From Candidatus Moraniibacteriota bacterium (GTDB lineage Bacteria > Patescibacteriota > Minisyncoccia > Moranbacterales > UBA2206), in the NCBI GenBank assembly GCA_030645735.1, contig JAUSNP010000004.1, positions 76,739 to 127,460 on the forward strand: a DNA stretch of 50,722 bases. Reading direction: 5' to 3'. This document shows positions 50,431 to 50,722 of this stretch, piece by piece. The notes under the pieces are model-generated. The model was not told the origin of the DNA and did no database searches. It saw nothing but the letters and a program-made list of their open reading frames with translations. Made by a program: the position numbers and the translations under genes. Position 1 is the first letter of the stretch. Each line of letters starts with the position of its first letter.

Positions 50431-50722
50431 ATGGAATCAGAAGTTCCGGCAGTGCAAACTGAAATAATGGACAAACAAGCAGAAGCGCGAAGAGCTGCTT
50501 TTGTTGTGATTGAAAATGAAAAAGCCAGAAGCATCAGTGAACTTGATGGACATAACTATGATGATGTGAGTGTTAATCTGGAAAAAGCGGAAATTAGCTA
50601 TGCTGATGAGGAAGTAGAAAAATTTAAAGAAGAAATGGATGCAACTGAGCAAGCATGGCTGAAGAAAAAGGAGGAGCAAAAAAAACACCAAATGTTATTC
50701 AGAACTATTCTCTGGAAGGAAC
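50431..50722 (+). CDS. Hypothetical protein, 5' part only (runs off the window end)
   Basis: My translation is MESEVPAVQTEIMDKQAEARRAAFVVIENEKARSISELDGHNYDDVSVNLEKAEISYADEEVEKFKEEMDATEQAWLKKKEEQKKHQMLFRTILWKE, with no stop. The Shine-Dalgarno is weak and the function unknown. Confidence 0.35.
   Translation, partial: MESEVPAVQTEIMDKQAEARRAAFVVIENEKARSISELDGHNYDDVSVNLEKAEISYADEEVEKFKEEMDATEQAWLKKKEEQKKHQMLFRTILWKE

Overview
AT-rich, gene-dense bacterial window using the standard genetic code. Its content looks like a reduced, Patescibacteria/CPR-like genome, but that placement is an inference from gene content only, with no database search. Main blocks are listed here. (1) 1-2.2 kb holds a partial GspE-like ATPase, comF and a HIT protein. 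(2) Eight tRNA genes plus one tRNA-Ser 5'-half remnant lie at 3.5, 4.2, 5.0, 10.3 and 16.5-16.8 kb. (3) Housekeeping genes include recG, tsaD, Hsp20, a VanW protein, secG, a peptide-binding protein and three membrane glycosyltransferases. (4) A long minus-strand type IV pilus locus spans 17.7-28.4 kb: histidine kinase, single-domain response regulator, pilB, pilC, three pilin-like genes and pilMNO. (5) A nucleotide-excision-repair supercluster spans 31.4-43.6 kb: uvrA paralog, uvrC, uvrA and uvrB, with two unrecognised plus-strand genes embedded. The most unusual signal is not a gene cluster. It is a dense population of short hairpin, palindrome and degenerate-word repeat elements. One family has a constant GTAGAGACG/CGTCTCTAC outer stem and covarying inner stems. 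Others are CCTGCCGGCAGG, CCGCCAGCTGGCGG, GGGAGAGGG-type and CGTGAAACG-type word arrays. These elements sit at terminators and inside a tRNA remnant. Strikingly, they also occur as in-frame, stop-free insertions inside recG, uvrC (3-4 sites) and one uvrA copy (2 sites). A roughly 210-nt mosaic repeat occurs at two loci (31.1 kb and 46.2-46.6 kb), including an 82-nt module with a single mismatch between copies. I saw no CRISPR array, reverse transcriptase, transposase or integrase. All functional calls rest on motifs read from the supplied translations or my own translation. None was checked against a database.
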